In this document: positions 38,845 through 47,419 of the stretch, piece after piece
How positions within the stretch are numbered: position 1 is the first letter of the stretch
Layout: every line of letters begins with the position of its first letter
DNA from: Candidatus Beckwithbacteria bacterium GW2011_GWC1_49_16
GTDB taxonomy: Bacteria > Patescibacteriota > Microgenomatia > UBA1400 > CG1-02-47-37
DNA: 64,000 nucleotides
Reading direction: 5' to 3'
NCBI GenBank assembly: GCA_001029675.1
Contig: CP011210.1
Span: 581,663-645,662, forward strand
Program-made: the position numbers and the translations under genes
Notes under the pieces: generated by a model
The model's input: the letters and a program-made list of their open reading frames with translations, nothing else
Database searches by the model: none
Told to the model about the DNA's origin: nothing

Positions 38845-39789
38845 TTGGCCCTTATGAAATTAAAATCTCTTTCAATAGTTGTACCCATTTTCAACGAGGC
38901 GGAAAGCATCATCCCTTTGTGCGATCAACTAACCGAAAACCTCAAGGTCTCAAGAACAAAATACGAAATTATTTTGGTCAATGACGGGAGCAACGACGGC
39001 AGCCAAGAAAAGATTGATGCTTGTAAAAAAACCTGGCAAAATGTGGTCGGCCTAAGGCTAAAAAGGAACTTAGGCAAAGCTGCGGCTCTACAGCTCGGTT
39101 TTGCAAAAGCTAAAAATGAAGTAATTGTAACTATGGACGGAGATTTACAAGATGATCCTAAAGAACTCAAAAAGTTACTTGTCAAACTTGATCTAGGCTA
39201 TGATTTGGTTATTGGCTGGAAAAAAAACCGCCAAGATTCTTTCACTAAGCGTCTTAGCTCAAGGCTTTTTAACTTGATAACCAACTTAATCTTCCGGCTT
39301 AACCTTCATGACTATAACAGCGGCTACAAAGCGTTTCGGGCAGAGTCGATTAAAAGAATTAGATTTTACGGAGAGTTACACCGCTTTATTCCAATCTTAG
39401 TGGCAGATAAAGGCTACCTAGTAACTGAGGTTCCGGTACATCACAGAAAAAGAAAATTTGGTAAATCGAAATACGGGTCCGGGAGATTTTTCCACGGCCT
39501 TTTTGATTTGACAACAGTTTTATTTTTAACTAAATTTCGCTTTAGACCACTCCATCTATTTGGTTATGTGGGGCTGGTATTTTTCCTTTTAGGAACCATT
39601 GGTGGTGGCTACTTAACTTGGCTTAAGTTTGTTTACGGTCAGGCAATTGGGCAACGACCGCTGCTGCTTTTAAGCTCGCTGTTGATTATCGTCGGCATTC
39701 AAATCGGGATTACTGGACTTTTAGGGGAATTGATTGTGGCTACGTTTTTAAAAGATGAACACCAGGAACTATCAGAAACACACCAGTAA
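38845..39789 (+). CDS. polyprenol-phosphate glycosyltransferase (GT2; ArnC/GtrB-like) with two C-terminal TM helices
   Basis: LSIVVPIFNEAESI...ILVNDGSNDGS...VVTMDGDLQDDP; C-terminal membrane hairpin. Confidence 0.8.
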   Translation: MALMKLKSLSIVVPIFNEAESIIPLCDQLTENLKVSRTKYEIILVNDGSNDGSQEKIDACKKTWQNVVGLRLKRNLGKAAALQLGFAKAKNEVIVTMDGDLQDDPKELKKLLVKLDLGYDLVIGWKKNRQDSFTKRLSSRLFNLITNLIFRLNLHDYNSGYKAFRAESIKRIRFYGELHRFIPILVADKGYLVTEVPVHHRKRKFGKSKYGSGRFFHGLFDLTTVLFLTKFRFRPLHLFGYVGLVFFLLGTIGGGYLTWLKFVYGQAIGQRPLLLLSSLLIIVGIQIGITGLLGELIVATFLKDEHQELSETHQ

Positions 39790-40342
39790 AAATTTCCTAC
39801 AAAAACTTTTAATAGGCAATTTCTATCAAAGGCTGTTAACTGTTGTGGCTAAAGTTAATATTGGTCGGATTTTAGACGCTGGTTGTGGCGAGGGCTTTAC
39901 TCTAAAAAGACTTAAGGAAAAAAATATCGGCAACTACCATGAGGGAATAGATATTTTAAGGACAGCCATTAAGCTGGGCCGGGAACTCAACCCCGATATT
40001 AAATTTTCCCTGGGAAATATTTATCACTTGCCGTATGAAAATAATTCCTTTGATCTGGTTTTATGCAATGAGGTTTTGGAACACTTGTCTAACCCAAAGG
40101 CAGCCCTCAAAGAAATTATCAGAGTGTCAAAAAAATACTGTTTAATCTCGGTGCCGAACGAACCCTGGTTTAGACTGGCCAATTTTCTGCGTCTGAAAAA
40201 CCTCAGCCGACTAGGAAACGATCCTGAACATATCCAGCATTGGTCAAAAGGAAGCCTGCTAAGTTTATTAAAAAAAGTTAGCCTCACTCCCATAGAAGTA
40301 AAATTACCTTTTCCTTGGATTCTGGTTTTAGCAGAAATTTAG
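39755..40342 (+). CDS. class I SAM-dependent methyltransferase
   Basis: ILDAGCGEGF motif I; DLVLCNEVLEH. Confidence 0.65.
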   Translation: MNTRNYQKHTSKNFLQKLLIGNFYQRLLTVVAKVNIGRILDAGCGEGFTLKRLKEKNIGNYHEGIDILRTAIKLGRELNPDIKFSLGNIYHLPYENNSFDLVLCNEVLEHLSNPKAALKEIIRVSKKYCLISVPNEPWFRLANFLRLKNLSRLGNDPEHIQHWSKGSLLSLLKKVSLTPIEVKLPFPWILVLAEI

Positions 40343-41073
40343 CTGACGGGGTTGTTCTCTAGGCTGACCAAGCGGATGCTATCGACACCTTTGATCGCTT
40401 TAAGATTTTGCATTAGGGTTTTGGGGTCGGTTTCAGGCTTAAGGGTAATGTTGTAGGCCAGTTCAACCGTCTTGGCTTGTTTGAAGCTGGTAAGATTCAA
40501 TAGTTGATGATTTTTCAGGTGGCGGGTAAAGAGCTTTAAAATTTTGTCGGTGGATGAGTGCTCGGGATAGTGAAAGGTTAACAGGTGGTCAGAAGCGGTG
40601 ATGGAACCGAAGCGGTAGCGGGTCATGAGTACAACAGCCAGGGAAATAAACAAGGTGCTGACAACGGCAATGGTGTAGTTGTTGGTACCCACGGCCATAC
40701 CGGTGATGAGAGCAATAAAGACAAAAGCGATATCGCGGGCGTCTTTGACGGCGGTTCTAAAACGGATGATGGAAAAGGCGCCGAAGAGCGAAAATGCCCG
40801 GGCTAAAGAATTGCCGACGATCATCATTAGGATCGAACCGGCCGCGGTCAAAAGCGCCAGGGTAAAAGTGAATGAGGCTGAATAAGACAAACCCTTATGG
40901 GTGCGCTGGTACACCAGAGCGACGGCGACTCCCAAAAGCAAACCAAAAAGAATGTTGAAGACAATTACCGGTAAAGGGTAGTCGAGGCTGGCACCGGTTA
41001 AGGTGAAAAACTGATTCATAAGCTTTAGTCGTTTTCTTCGGCCACTATACCACAGGCCTCTAAACTCAAGCAA
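40339..41073 (-). CDS. DUF4956-like integral membrane protein
   Basis: Four to five TM helices; SIIRFRTAVKDARDIAFVF motif. The likely start is the internal MNQFF, leaving almost no overlap with the VTC gene. Confidence 0.45.
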   Translation of the reverse strand: MLEFRGLWYSGRRKRLKLMNQFFTLTGASLDYPLPVIVFNILFGLLLGVAVALVYQRTHKGLSYSASFTFTLALLTAAGSILMMIVGNSLARAFSLFGAFSIIRFRTAVKDARDIAFVFIALITGMAVGTNNYTIAVVSTLFISLAVVLMTRYRFGSITASDHLLTFHYPEHSSTDKILKLFTRHLKNHQLLNLTSFKQAKTVELAYNITLKPETDPKTLMQNLKAIKGVDSIRLVSLENNPVS

Positions 41074-41759
41074 TACTTGGACAGAGATTGGCGGGGCAGG
41101 TCGAAAGTTTTAACCACCCCGGTCAAATAGTCTGGGACGCGGCCGGAAAACTTTAACTCCATGATAGCGTGGTCGGGAATGACTTGAGTCAGGCGAGGGG
41201 TGGCAAAAAGGTCGTGGCTTAATACCGCTTGGATTTGGTAATCAAAGGTGAGGCGGAAATTAGGATAAAAAGGGTCGATTAAAGGCTGGCGCAAGTAAGA
41301 AACCAGGATGGCCGGTTGGAGACGGTAAGCGACCAACTGGTGGTAAAACCGGTCTAAAGTACCGCTTTCGGTTTGGGGATTTGAACTAGACAGGCTGTCT
41401 TGGGAGCTTAAAAGTTTTTGGGTTTTGTCCCAGCGCAGCTGGGCGCGTTCTTTGGTTAAGAAGTCACCATACTTATATTTGATTTCCCAAAAAACCGGCG
41501 TTGAGGCGGTGGCCTTTTGAGAGTAGGTCCTTAAGCGATACTTGACCCTGTCTTTGACGCCGTATTGCTTTTGCCAGTAGGCTTGGTAGTCGGGAGTGTC
41601 CAGGTATAAAGTAGAGATGTAGTAGCTGGCGTCAGGTTTTTTTTGCGAGTGGCTGTCGGGAACCAGACCGCGGTTTAAAAGAAACTCCCTTACCTGGCGG
41701 TGCTGGTCCGGGGTTAATAGATACTTGTATTCCTGGCGCTCAAAGTTGGTTTTGATCAT
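41025..41759 (-). CDS. VTC-domain (CYTH-like triphosphate-tunnel) protein
   Basis: ERQEYKYLL (E.K motif), LYLDTPDYQAY and KDRVKYRLRTY match the VTC/polyphosphate-polymerase-domain pattern. Confidence 0.6.
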   Translation of the reverse strand: MIKTNFERQEYKYLLTPDQHRQVREFLLNRGLVPDSHSQKKPDASYYISTLYLDTPDYQAYWQKQYGVKDRVKYRLRTYSQKATASTPVFWEIKYKYGDFLTKERAQLRWDKTQKLLSSQDSLSSSNPQTESGTLDRFYHQLVAYRLQPAILVSYLRQPLIDPFYPNFRLTFDYQIQAVLSHDLFATPRLTQVIPDHAIMELKFSGRVPDYLTGVVKTFDLPRQSLSKYCLSLEACGIVAEEND

Positions 41760-43000
41760 AGTTGGCGGTTTAAATTATCAAAGTGGTCGAGCATCCACAG
41801 GCGGTAGTTTTTAATGTCAAGTAAATATTTAAGGTCGGGGTGGAACTTGTTGGTATCCTGCATCAGGGGAACTTGCAAACTCTGCCAGCTGTTTTCAAAA
41901 AATTCCAGATCTTGGCTGCGGTTGACCGGATCGTTGAGGTATTCTGCCAAGCGGCGGTTGCGTTCCGCTTTTACTTGAGGATCTTGCAGTAGTTTAATGG
42001 CCAGGGGGTTGAAAGTTTCGTCAATATCGACCAGGGTGGAGGTGCGGTCACCGGTATCCCAAGGGGTGAGAACAAATTTTTTAGTCTGGTGGTTGAAAAA
42101 CAAGCGGTTGTTGTGGCTTTTATCCTGATGGAGGCTGGCCATGAGTAAGCTGTGAACCCGCCAGGCAAGAAAGCTGTCTTTGTCTAGAAGTTGAAAAACT
42201 TCTTGGGCGGAAGAGCCAGGATCGTTGACTAAGTCTAAAAGCTGCTTTAAATATTTAAAGTCAGGATGGTTGGGGTCTTCCGGATAGGTACGCCAACGAT
42301 CGACGCTTTCGTAAATGTTGACATTCCAAGTTTCGCTTTGGTCTTTTTCGCCAAAAAGAGTCCCGGTTAAGTTTCTCCGGGTAAAAAAAGCTTCGTCCAG
42401 TTTCTCGGTAACATAATAAACCCCCTGGGATTGTTGGTTTATTGTTAAATTGGCAAACCAAGAATCAGGGGCCAATAAGCCTAACTTTCCTGCCCTGAAG
42501 TTGGCCAAATGTTCAAACACCAAGCCGCGGTCTTCGGGAATAATCAAATCCAAGCTGGCTAACCCGTTAAAGGTATCGCCGCCAGAAAAAATAATCCGCC
42601 AGGATTTTTTGGGCTGGGCCCAGTGGACCGCTCCGTTGCCGCGGAAACGCACCTTAACGTTGTGTTCCAAACCTTGAGGGTCGACGAAGACGGCCGGGAC
42701 TTCCTGATTATGTTCAATCACTACCGGAGTGGTGACGGGGTCGGGTAAAGACAACTGTAAAATTTCCAGGTTTTTACCTTTAATAAAAAGTTGATAGGTG
42801 TCTAAGCTATTGGGGTAAAAATAGTAATGAACAAAACCCAAGTCGGTGATCTTGGCAACTTTATTGATTAAGGTATAAGCCCAGAAGTTGTCGGTGAGGC
42901 GCTTGAGCCTAGGCTGGTGGCGAAAACGATAAAACAAATAACCGCCGGCGGCAGTGACGGCAAGCAGACTCAAACTTAACCAAAATAATTTTTTTTTCAT
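41756..43000 (-). CDS. CotH family protein (atypical kinase fold), N-terminal TM anchor
   Basis: QGVYYVTEKLDEAFFTRRNL N-lobe and HQDKSHNNRLFFNHQTKKFVLTPWD catalytic-loop region. AAA AAA AAA (A9) right after the ATG. Confidence 0.75.
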   Translation of the reverse strand: MKKKLFWLSLSLLAVTAAGGYLFYRFRHQPRLKRLTDNFWAYTLINKVAKITDLGFVHYYFYPNSLDTYQLFIKGKNLEILQLSLPDPVTTPVVIEHNQEVPAVFVDPQGLEHNVKVRFRGNGAVHWAQPKKSWRIIFSGGDTFNGLASLDLIIPEDRGLVFEHLANFRAGKLGLLAPDSWFANLTINQQSQGVYYVTEKLDEAFFTRRNLTGTLFGEKDQSETWNVNIYESVDRWRTYPEDPNHPDFKYLKQLLDLVNDPGSSAQEVFQLLDKDSFLAWRVHSLLMASLHQDKSHNNRLFFNHQTKKFVLTPWDTGDRTSTLVDIDETFNPLAIKLLQDPQVKAERNRRLAEYLNDPVNRSQDLEFFENSWQSLQVPLMQDTNKFHPDLKYLLDIKNYRLWMLDHFDNLNRQL

Positions 43001-43695
43001 TAAAATCCGCTGCCTATAAGTATTTCCCTAATTAAAAACCTGATAAACAGCCAACCGGTAGGCAAGGCTTTGGAGCCCGACTCGCCGCCGAGGCGGTTGC
43101 CCTCGCGGGTGGCGAGCTCGGCGATTTTAAGGCGTAGTTTTAGAGCCCTAATCGACATTTGGTACTCGATGACATAACCGGGGGCGTCGAGATCTAGCCT
43201 GTAAAAGGCCTTTTTGGTGATGGCCCGGTAGCCGTTGATGCTGTCAGTTAGTCTGCCGCCCCAAAATAGGTTAGCCAATAGAGTAAAGCCCTGGTTGGCC
43301 CAAGCCCTGAATTTTAAGACTTGGTCGTCTTCTTCGTTTCTGGACTCGGGCAGGAAGCGCGAGGCAATAGCTAAATCGTAACCCTGACCGAGGAGCTTTA
43401 GCAGTTTGGGAATATCCTGGGGGTTTTCGTTGCCGTCGGGGCTGAAAAAAACCAAATGCTGGCCGCGGGCTAGGCTAACCGCCAAACGGAAAGCCTCTCC
43501 CCGACCGGGTTTGATTTGGTTAATTAATCTAATCTTGTTTTTTTTGACAAATTCTTTGGTACCGTCGGTGGAGTTAAAATCAACCACAAAAGCTTCGTCG
43601 ACCTTACCAAAAGGAATTTTTTTGACTAGGGCTTTCATGCCGGTGATTTCGTTGCGGGTCAAAATCACCAGAGTGGTGTCAATTTTTTTAGCCAT
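43000..43695 (-). CDS. glycosyltransferase family 2
   Basis: LVILTRNEITG...VVDFNSTDGT motifs. Confidence 0.65.
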   Translation of the reverse strand: MAKKIDTTLVILTRNEITGMKALVKKIPFGKVDEAFVVDFNSTDGTKEFVKKNKIRLINQIKPGRGEAFRLAVSLARGQHLVFFSPDGNENPQDIPKLLKLLGQGYDLAIASRFLPESRNEEDDQVLKFRAWANQGFTLLANLFWGGRLTDSINGYRAITKKAFYRLDLDAPGYVIEYQMSIRALKLRLKIAELATREGNRLGGESGSKALPTGWLFIRFLIREILIGSGF

Positions 43696-44671
43696 GGGTT
43701 TTTTTATAATAGTCGATGACTTGGGGCAAGCCCTGGTTTAAAGTCGTTTCTGCCTTAAAGCCCAAAAGCTTTTGGGCTTTGCCGGCAGCGCAGTTTCTTC
43801 TTGGCTGGCCCGACGGTTTGGCTTGGTCAAAAACTATTTTAGTTTCGGTGCCGGCCAGCTTGACAATCAGCCGGGCTAAATCCCTGACGCTGATCTCTTC
43901 TTTGGTGCCAAGATTAATCGGATCAGGGCGGGGATATTTTTCTATCGCCAAAAGCATTCCCCTGACAATATCATCAATATAGATAAAGGAACGAGTGGCC
44001 GAGCCGTCGCCCCAAACCACTAGAGGGTTCTCGCCGTCAATCACCCTTTTGACTAAAGCCGGGATGACGTGGGAACTTTTGGGATCAAAGTTGTCTCTGG
44101 GGCCGTAGGCGTTGTAAGGACGAACAATGCCGACTTTGAGCTTAAACTCTTGGGCGTAAGTTTTGGCAAAAAGCTCGCCGATGCGCTTCCCCCAACCATA
44201 ACCGTAGTTGGTAATTTCCGGCTCATTGAGAAACCCTTCTGATTCTTGGGTGGGAAAGCTGCATTCTCGGGGATAGACACAAGCAGAAGAAACGTATAAC
44301 AACCTTTGGGGTGGATGGCTTTTGGCGGCGGCAAAGACATTGATGGCGGGCAGGGAATTTTCATATAAAAGCGTGGCCGGGTGAATTTGGTTATAGTGGA
44401 CGCCGCCGACATGGGCGGCCAGGTGAAAGATTAAATCCTGACCCTTGACTACTTTTTGGGCGGCTGCCGGGTTTTTGAGGTCGGCGGTGACCAGGTTGAT
44501 TTTGTCTTTGACTGCCGACAAAAACGGCGTTGGTTTCAAAGACAAGGTGGGAACGGTGACTTTGGCGCCAAAACCCACCAAGGCTTCAACTAAATGGGAA
44601 CCGATAAAGCCGGCGCCGCCGGTGACTAAAACGAGTTTATTTTTGAAAAAATTCATGGAATTTGTCGGCAA
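43688..44671 (-). CDS. NAD(P)-dependent epimerase/reductase, GDP-L-fucose synthase (Fcl/ColC)-like
   Basis: LVLVTGGAGFIGSH; YVSSACVYP resembles the Fcl GSSCIYP motif; YGWGKR (YxxxK). Confidence 0.55.
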   Translation of the reverse strand: MPTNSMNFFKNKLVLVTGGAGFIGSHLVEALVGFGAKVTVPTLSLKPTPFLSAVKDKINLVTADLKNPAAAQKVVKGQDLIFHLAAHVGGVHYNQIHPATLLYENSLPAINVFAAAKSHPPQRLLYVSSACVYPRECSFPTQESEGFLNEPEITNYGYGWGKRIGELFAKTYAQEFKLKVGIVRPYNAYGPRDNFDPKSSHVIPALVKRVIDGENPLVVWGDGSATRSFIYIDDIVRGMLLAIEKYPRPDPINLGTKEEISVRDLARLIVKLAGTETKIVFDQAKPSGQPRRNCAAGKAQKLLGFKAETTLNQGLPQVIDYYKKTHG

Positions 44672-45821
44672 TATATTCTACATCTTTTAGAGTCATGCCC
44701 GGGTGGCAGCCGAAGTAAAAGGCGCGCTGGTTTAAGTTTTTGGCTACCGGGTATTTATTTTCCAACCGGCCAAATGTTTTTTGATAGGCGGGTTGATTAA
44801 GAAGCGGCAACAACTCGCGAGTCTCGATGCCGTTTTTCTCCAGATAGATAATTAGGTCCCACTTGTCGATGTTTTTGTCTTTTAAGACTAAAGGAAACAT
44901 CATAAAGGCGTGAGTGAAGCCGGCAGGAATCGTCGGCAGTTGAAGTTTGTCTTCGAGTGGTTTTAAAAGTTTGATTAAAGCGGCTGCCAGCTTTTGGCGT
45001 TTTTTGATATTGACCTGATACTCCCCGGTCTTAAGCTGGCTTAAGCCGATAGCCGCTTCCATTTCGGTTAAGCGAAAATGGGAGCCGATCCGGTCAAAAC
45101 GAAAACGGTTTTTTAGAGCTTTTTTGAGTTTGGCCTGGTCATCATCGTCGATTGACAAGTAACTCTGGTGGCGGCCGTGGAAAATGTAGCTGCGGGCAAT
45201 TTGTTCCAAACGCTTAGAATTACCGGTTAAAAAGCCGCCGACGCCTGTGGGAAGAAGGTGGGCCACATAGGTAGAAAAGGCGGCTAAATCACCAAAGCTG
45301 CCTACTGGTTTGCCGGCAACTCCCACAAACATGGCGTCACAGGAATCTTCCAAAACTTTGAGCCGGTGACGGCGGGCCAGTTTTAAAATGGCCGGCATGT
45401 TGGCGGGCAGGCCCAAAACGTGAACGGGAATTAGGCCGCGGGTTTTTGGGCTTAGGTGCTTTAGTATTTGCTCGGGGTCGAGGTTAAAAGTATCGGGCTC
45501 AACGTCCACAAAGACCGGCTTTAGGCGCAGGCTATAGACAATGTTGGCGGTGGTGATAAAGGAAATAGCCGGCACCAAAACCTCGTCACCGTCCCGCCAG
45601 CCGTAGAATTCTTTTAGGGCGGCTAGCCCCGCCTGAAGGGCGCCGGTGCCGGATGAGGTAAAGATCGAGAAGCGACAGTGGTGGAGTTTGGCAAAGCTTT
45701 GCTCGAACTTTTTAATAAAAGGGCCATAGGTCAACCGGTTGGTGTCAAGCACCCGCTTAAGATAAGTTTTAGCTCGGGAGTTTAGCTTGATATCCCCGAC
45801 CGTGATTTGACGTTTAGTCAT
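44637..45821 (-). CDS. DegT-family PLP/PMP-dependent enzyme with the active-site Lys replaced by His (ColD/E1-like sugar 3-dehydratase candidate)
   Basis: AFSTYVAHLLPTGVGG aligns with SFYVTKNVATGEGG of the ArnB-like paralog, so K becomes H at the Schiff-base position. Confidence 0.65.
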   Translation of the reverse strand: MTKRQITVGDIKLNSRAKTYLKRVLDTNRLTYGPFIKKFEQSFAKLHHCRFSIFTSSGTGALQAGLAALKEFYGWRDGDEVLVPAISFITTANIVYSLRLKPVFVDVEPDTFNLDPEQILKHLSPKTRGLIPVHVLGLPANMPAILKLARRHRLKVLEDSCDAMFVGVAGKPVGSFGDLAAFSTYVAHLLPTGVGGFLTGNSKRLEQIARSYIFHGRHQSYLSIDDDDQAKLKKALKNRFRFDRIGSHFRLTEMEAAIGLSQLKTGEYQVNIKKRQKLAAALIKLLKPLEDKLQLPTIPAGFTHAFMMFPLVLKDKNIDKWDLIIYLEKNGIETRELLPLLNQPAYQKTFGRLENKYPVAKNLNQRAFYFGCHPGMTLKDVEYIADKFHEFFQK

Positions 45822-45834
45822 AAACCGGATTGTA

Positions 45835-47385
45835 TCATAGCTTATAGACTTTAAAGCCGGGGTTGAAATAGACCAGATTGAAATCCAGGGGTTGGTGGTT
45901 GACTTTGACCACTAAATAGTCGAAGGAGTAGAGGTTCTTCACTGCCAGAAAGTCGGCGCTGGTGAAATTGTCGTAACCCTTTAAAGCTTGCCTCCTTTGC
46001 TGCCAATCTATGGCGTACTGGGCGGAATAAAAAATTAAACCCCCGTCTTTGGCGCTGGAAACCAGGTTTCTTTCGGAAAAACTTCTGAAACCGGGAATTT
46101 CTGGAGGAGCTAGAAACACTGCTTCAACCGGCGAGTTGACTTTAGCCCAAACCTGAACGTCGAGCCAGTCATCTCTGCCTTTAAGGTCGACTAAGGGGTT
46201 AGGATAATGAAAATAATCTGGTAATTTGACCTGGGGCTTGACCAACACCAGAACAAAGAGAACTTGCGTCAAGACTAATATGAGAATATGGGCAGAAATG
46301 TCTTTTTTTGACTTGAGATTTAGTTTGGGCTTGAAAATAAATAAACCTAAAGGGAGTAGGCCGATGGCCAGAAAGTGCCACAGAGTCAGATGCATGCCCC
46401 AGAAATAAACACCGGTCAAAGCAACACCGGTCAGAATTCTAACCGGCCAAGAAGAGGCCATTAAGCAAAAATAGGCGGCTGCGGCAAAAGAGATCAGAGC
46501 GACAATAAAAACAAAACTGGCGGCTCTTAATAGCTGGAGTTGGATTAATTGGGGAGATGGTAGGAGTGAACTTATTATCAGGTGAAAAAGAAACAAGCCG
46601 GAACAAATAACCAACAAAAGCTTAATCGGCTTAAAATAGAGGCCGAAAATTTTTTTCTTTAAGGCTAACCAGGCTGTACCCAGAAGCGCTAGCCAAAGGG
46701 CAAAGTTGCCCCAGGCAGTCCAGGGCCAAAGATGGGGGAAACTATAAGTGCCGCGGCTTTCCAGGATGTCAAACCAGGCTTGATTGATGGATGGCAGGAA
46801 ACTGAAAAATCTATTACCACTGGGTTTAAAAAACAAGGCAAGCCAAAAAATTGCCAAGGGGATAGGGATGGTCGGGTTAATTAAAGCGGCCAATAAAATC
46901 AGCCCCAGGCTCGACCAGGACTTGCGTCTAAGCATCGAGGTTAACGCCAAAAGCGAAACAGCCAAACTTAGATCGCGGCTAATAAAGTAAAAATGATGCG
47001 ACAGGTAACCGATGCGGGCCAGCCATTTGGGGGCGATAAACAAAACCGCGGCCAGAAGGGCAATGGAGCGGGAGCGATAAATGGTAAACGCCAACCAATA
47101 AATTCCTAAATATAAAAGGTAAAGACTAACCAGATACAAGCCCAAAAACACCCAAGCGAGGCTGGCGCCGCTAATGGTTTTTAGCCAAACGATGACGTAG
47201 TTAAAAGGCGAGTAAAGATAGTGGGGCTGGTTGAAGTAGTAATCGTTTGGGTAGAGGGCAGGGTTTAGAAGTTTATTTAAATAAGGCAGGTAGTGATGGT
47301 GGTCTAAAACGTCAAAGTAATAGCCGTGAATCAAAACGCTGGCCAGAGTGATTAAAAGCAAGAATAAAAAGTCTTTTGGTTTCAT
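45835..47385 (-). CDS. polytopic membrane protein with a C-terminal roughly 130-aa soluble domain; function unknown
   Basis: 516 aa, at least 10 TM helices, no recognisable motif. Confidence 0.35.
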   Translation of the reverse strand: MKPKDFLFLLLITLASVLIHGYYFDVLDHHHYLPYLNKLLNPALYPNDYYFNQPHYLYSPFNYVIVWLKTISGASLAWVFLGLYLVSLYLLYLGIYWLAFTIYRSRSIALLAAVLFIAPKWLARIGYLSHHFYFISRDLSLAVSLLALTSMLRRKSWSSLGLILLAALINPTIPIPLAIFWLALFFKPSGNRFFSFLPSINQAWFDILESRGTYSFPHLWPWTAWGNFALWLALLGTAWLALKKKIFGLYFKPIKLLLVICSGLFLFHLIISSLLPSPQLIQLQLLRAASFVFIVALISFAAAAYFCLMASSWPVRILTGVALTGVYFWGMHLTLWHFLAIGLLPLGLFIFKPKLNLKSKKDISAHILILVLTQVLFVLVLVKPQVKLPDYFHYPNPLVDLKGRDDWLDVQVWAKVNSPVEAVFLAPPEIPGFRSFSERNLVSSAKDGGLIFYSAQYAIDWQQRRQALKGYDNFTSADFLAVKNLYSFDYLVVKVNHQPLDFNLVYFNPGFKVYKL

Positions 47386-47419
47386 GACTAATACCTCTAG
47401 TGTATTATAGAGATAAATT

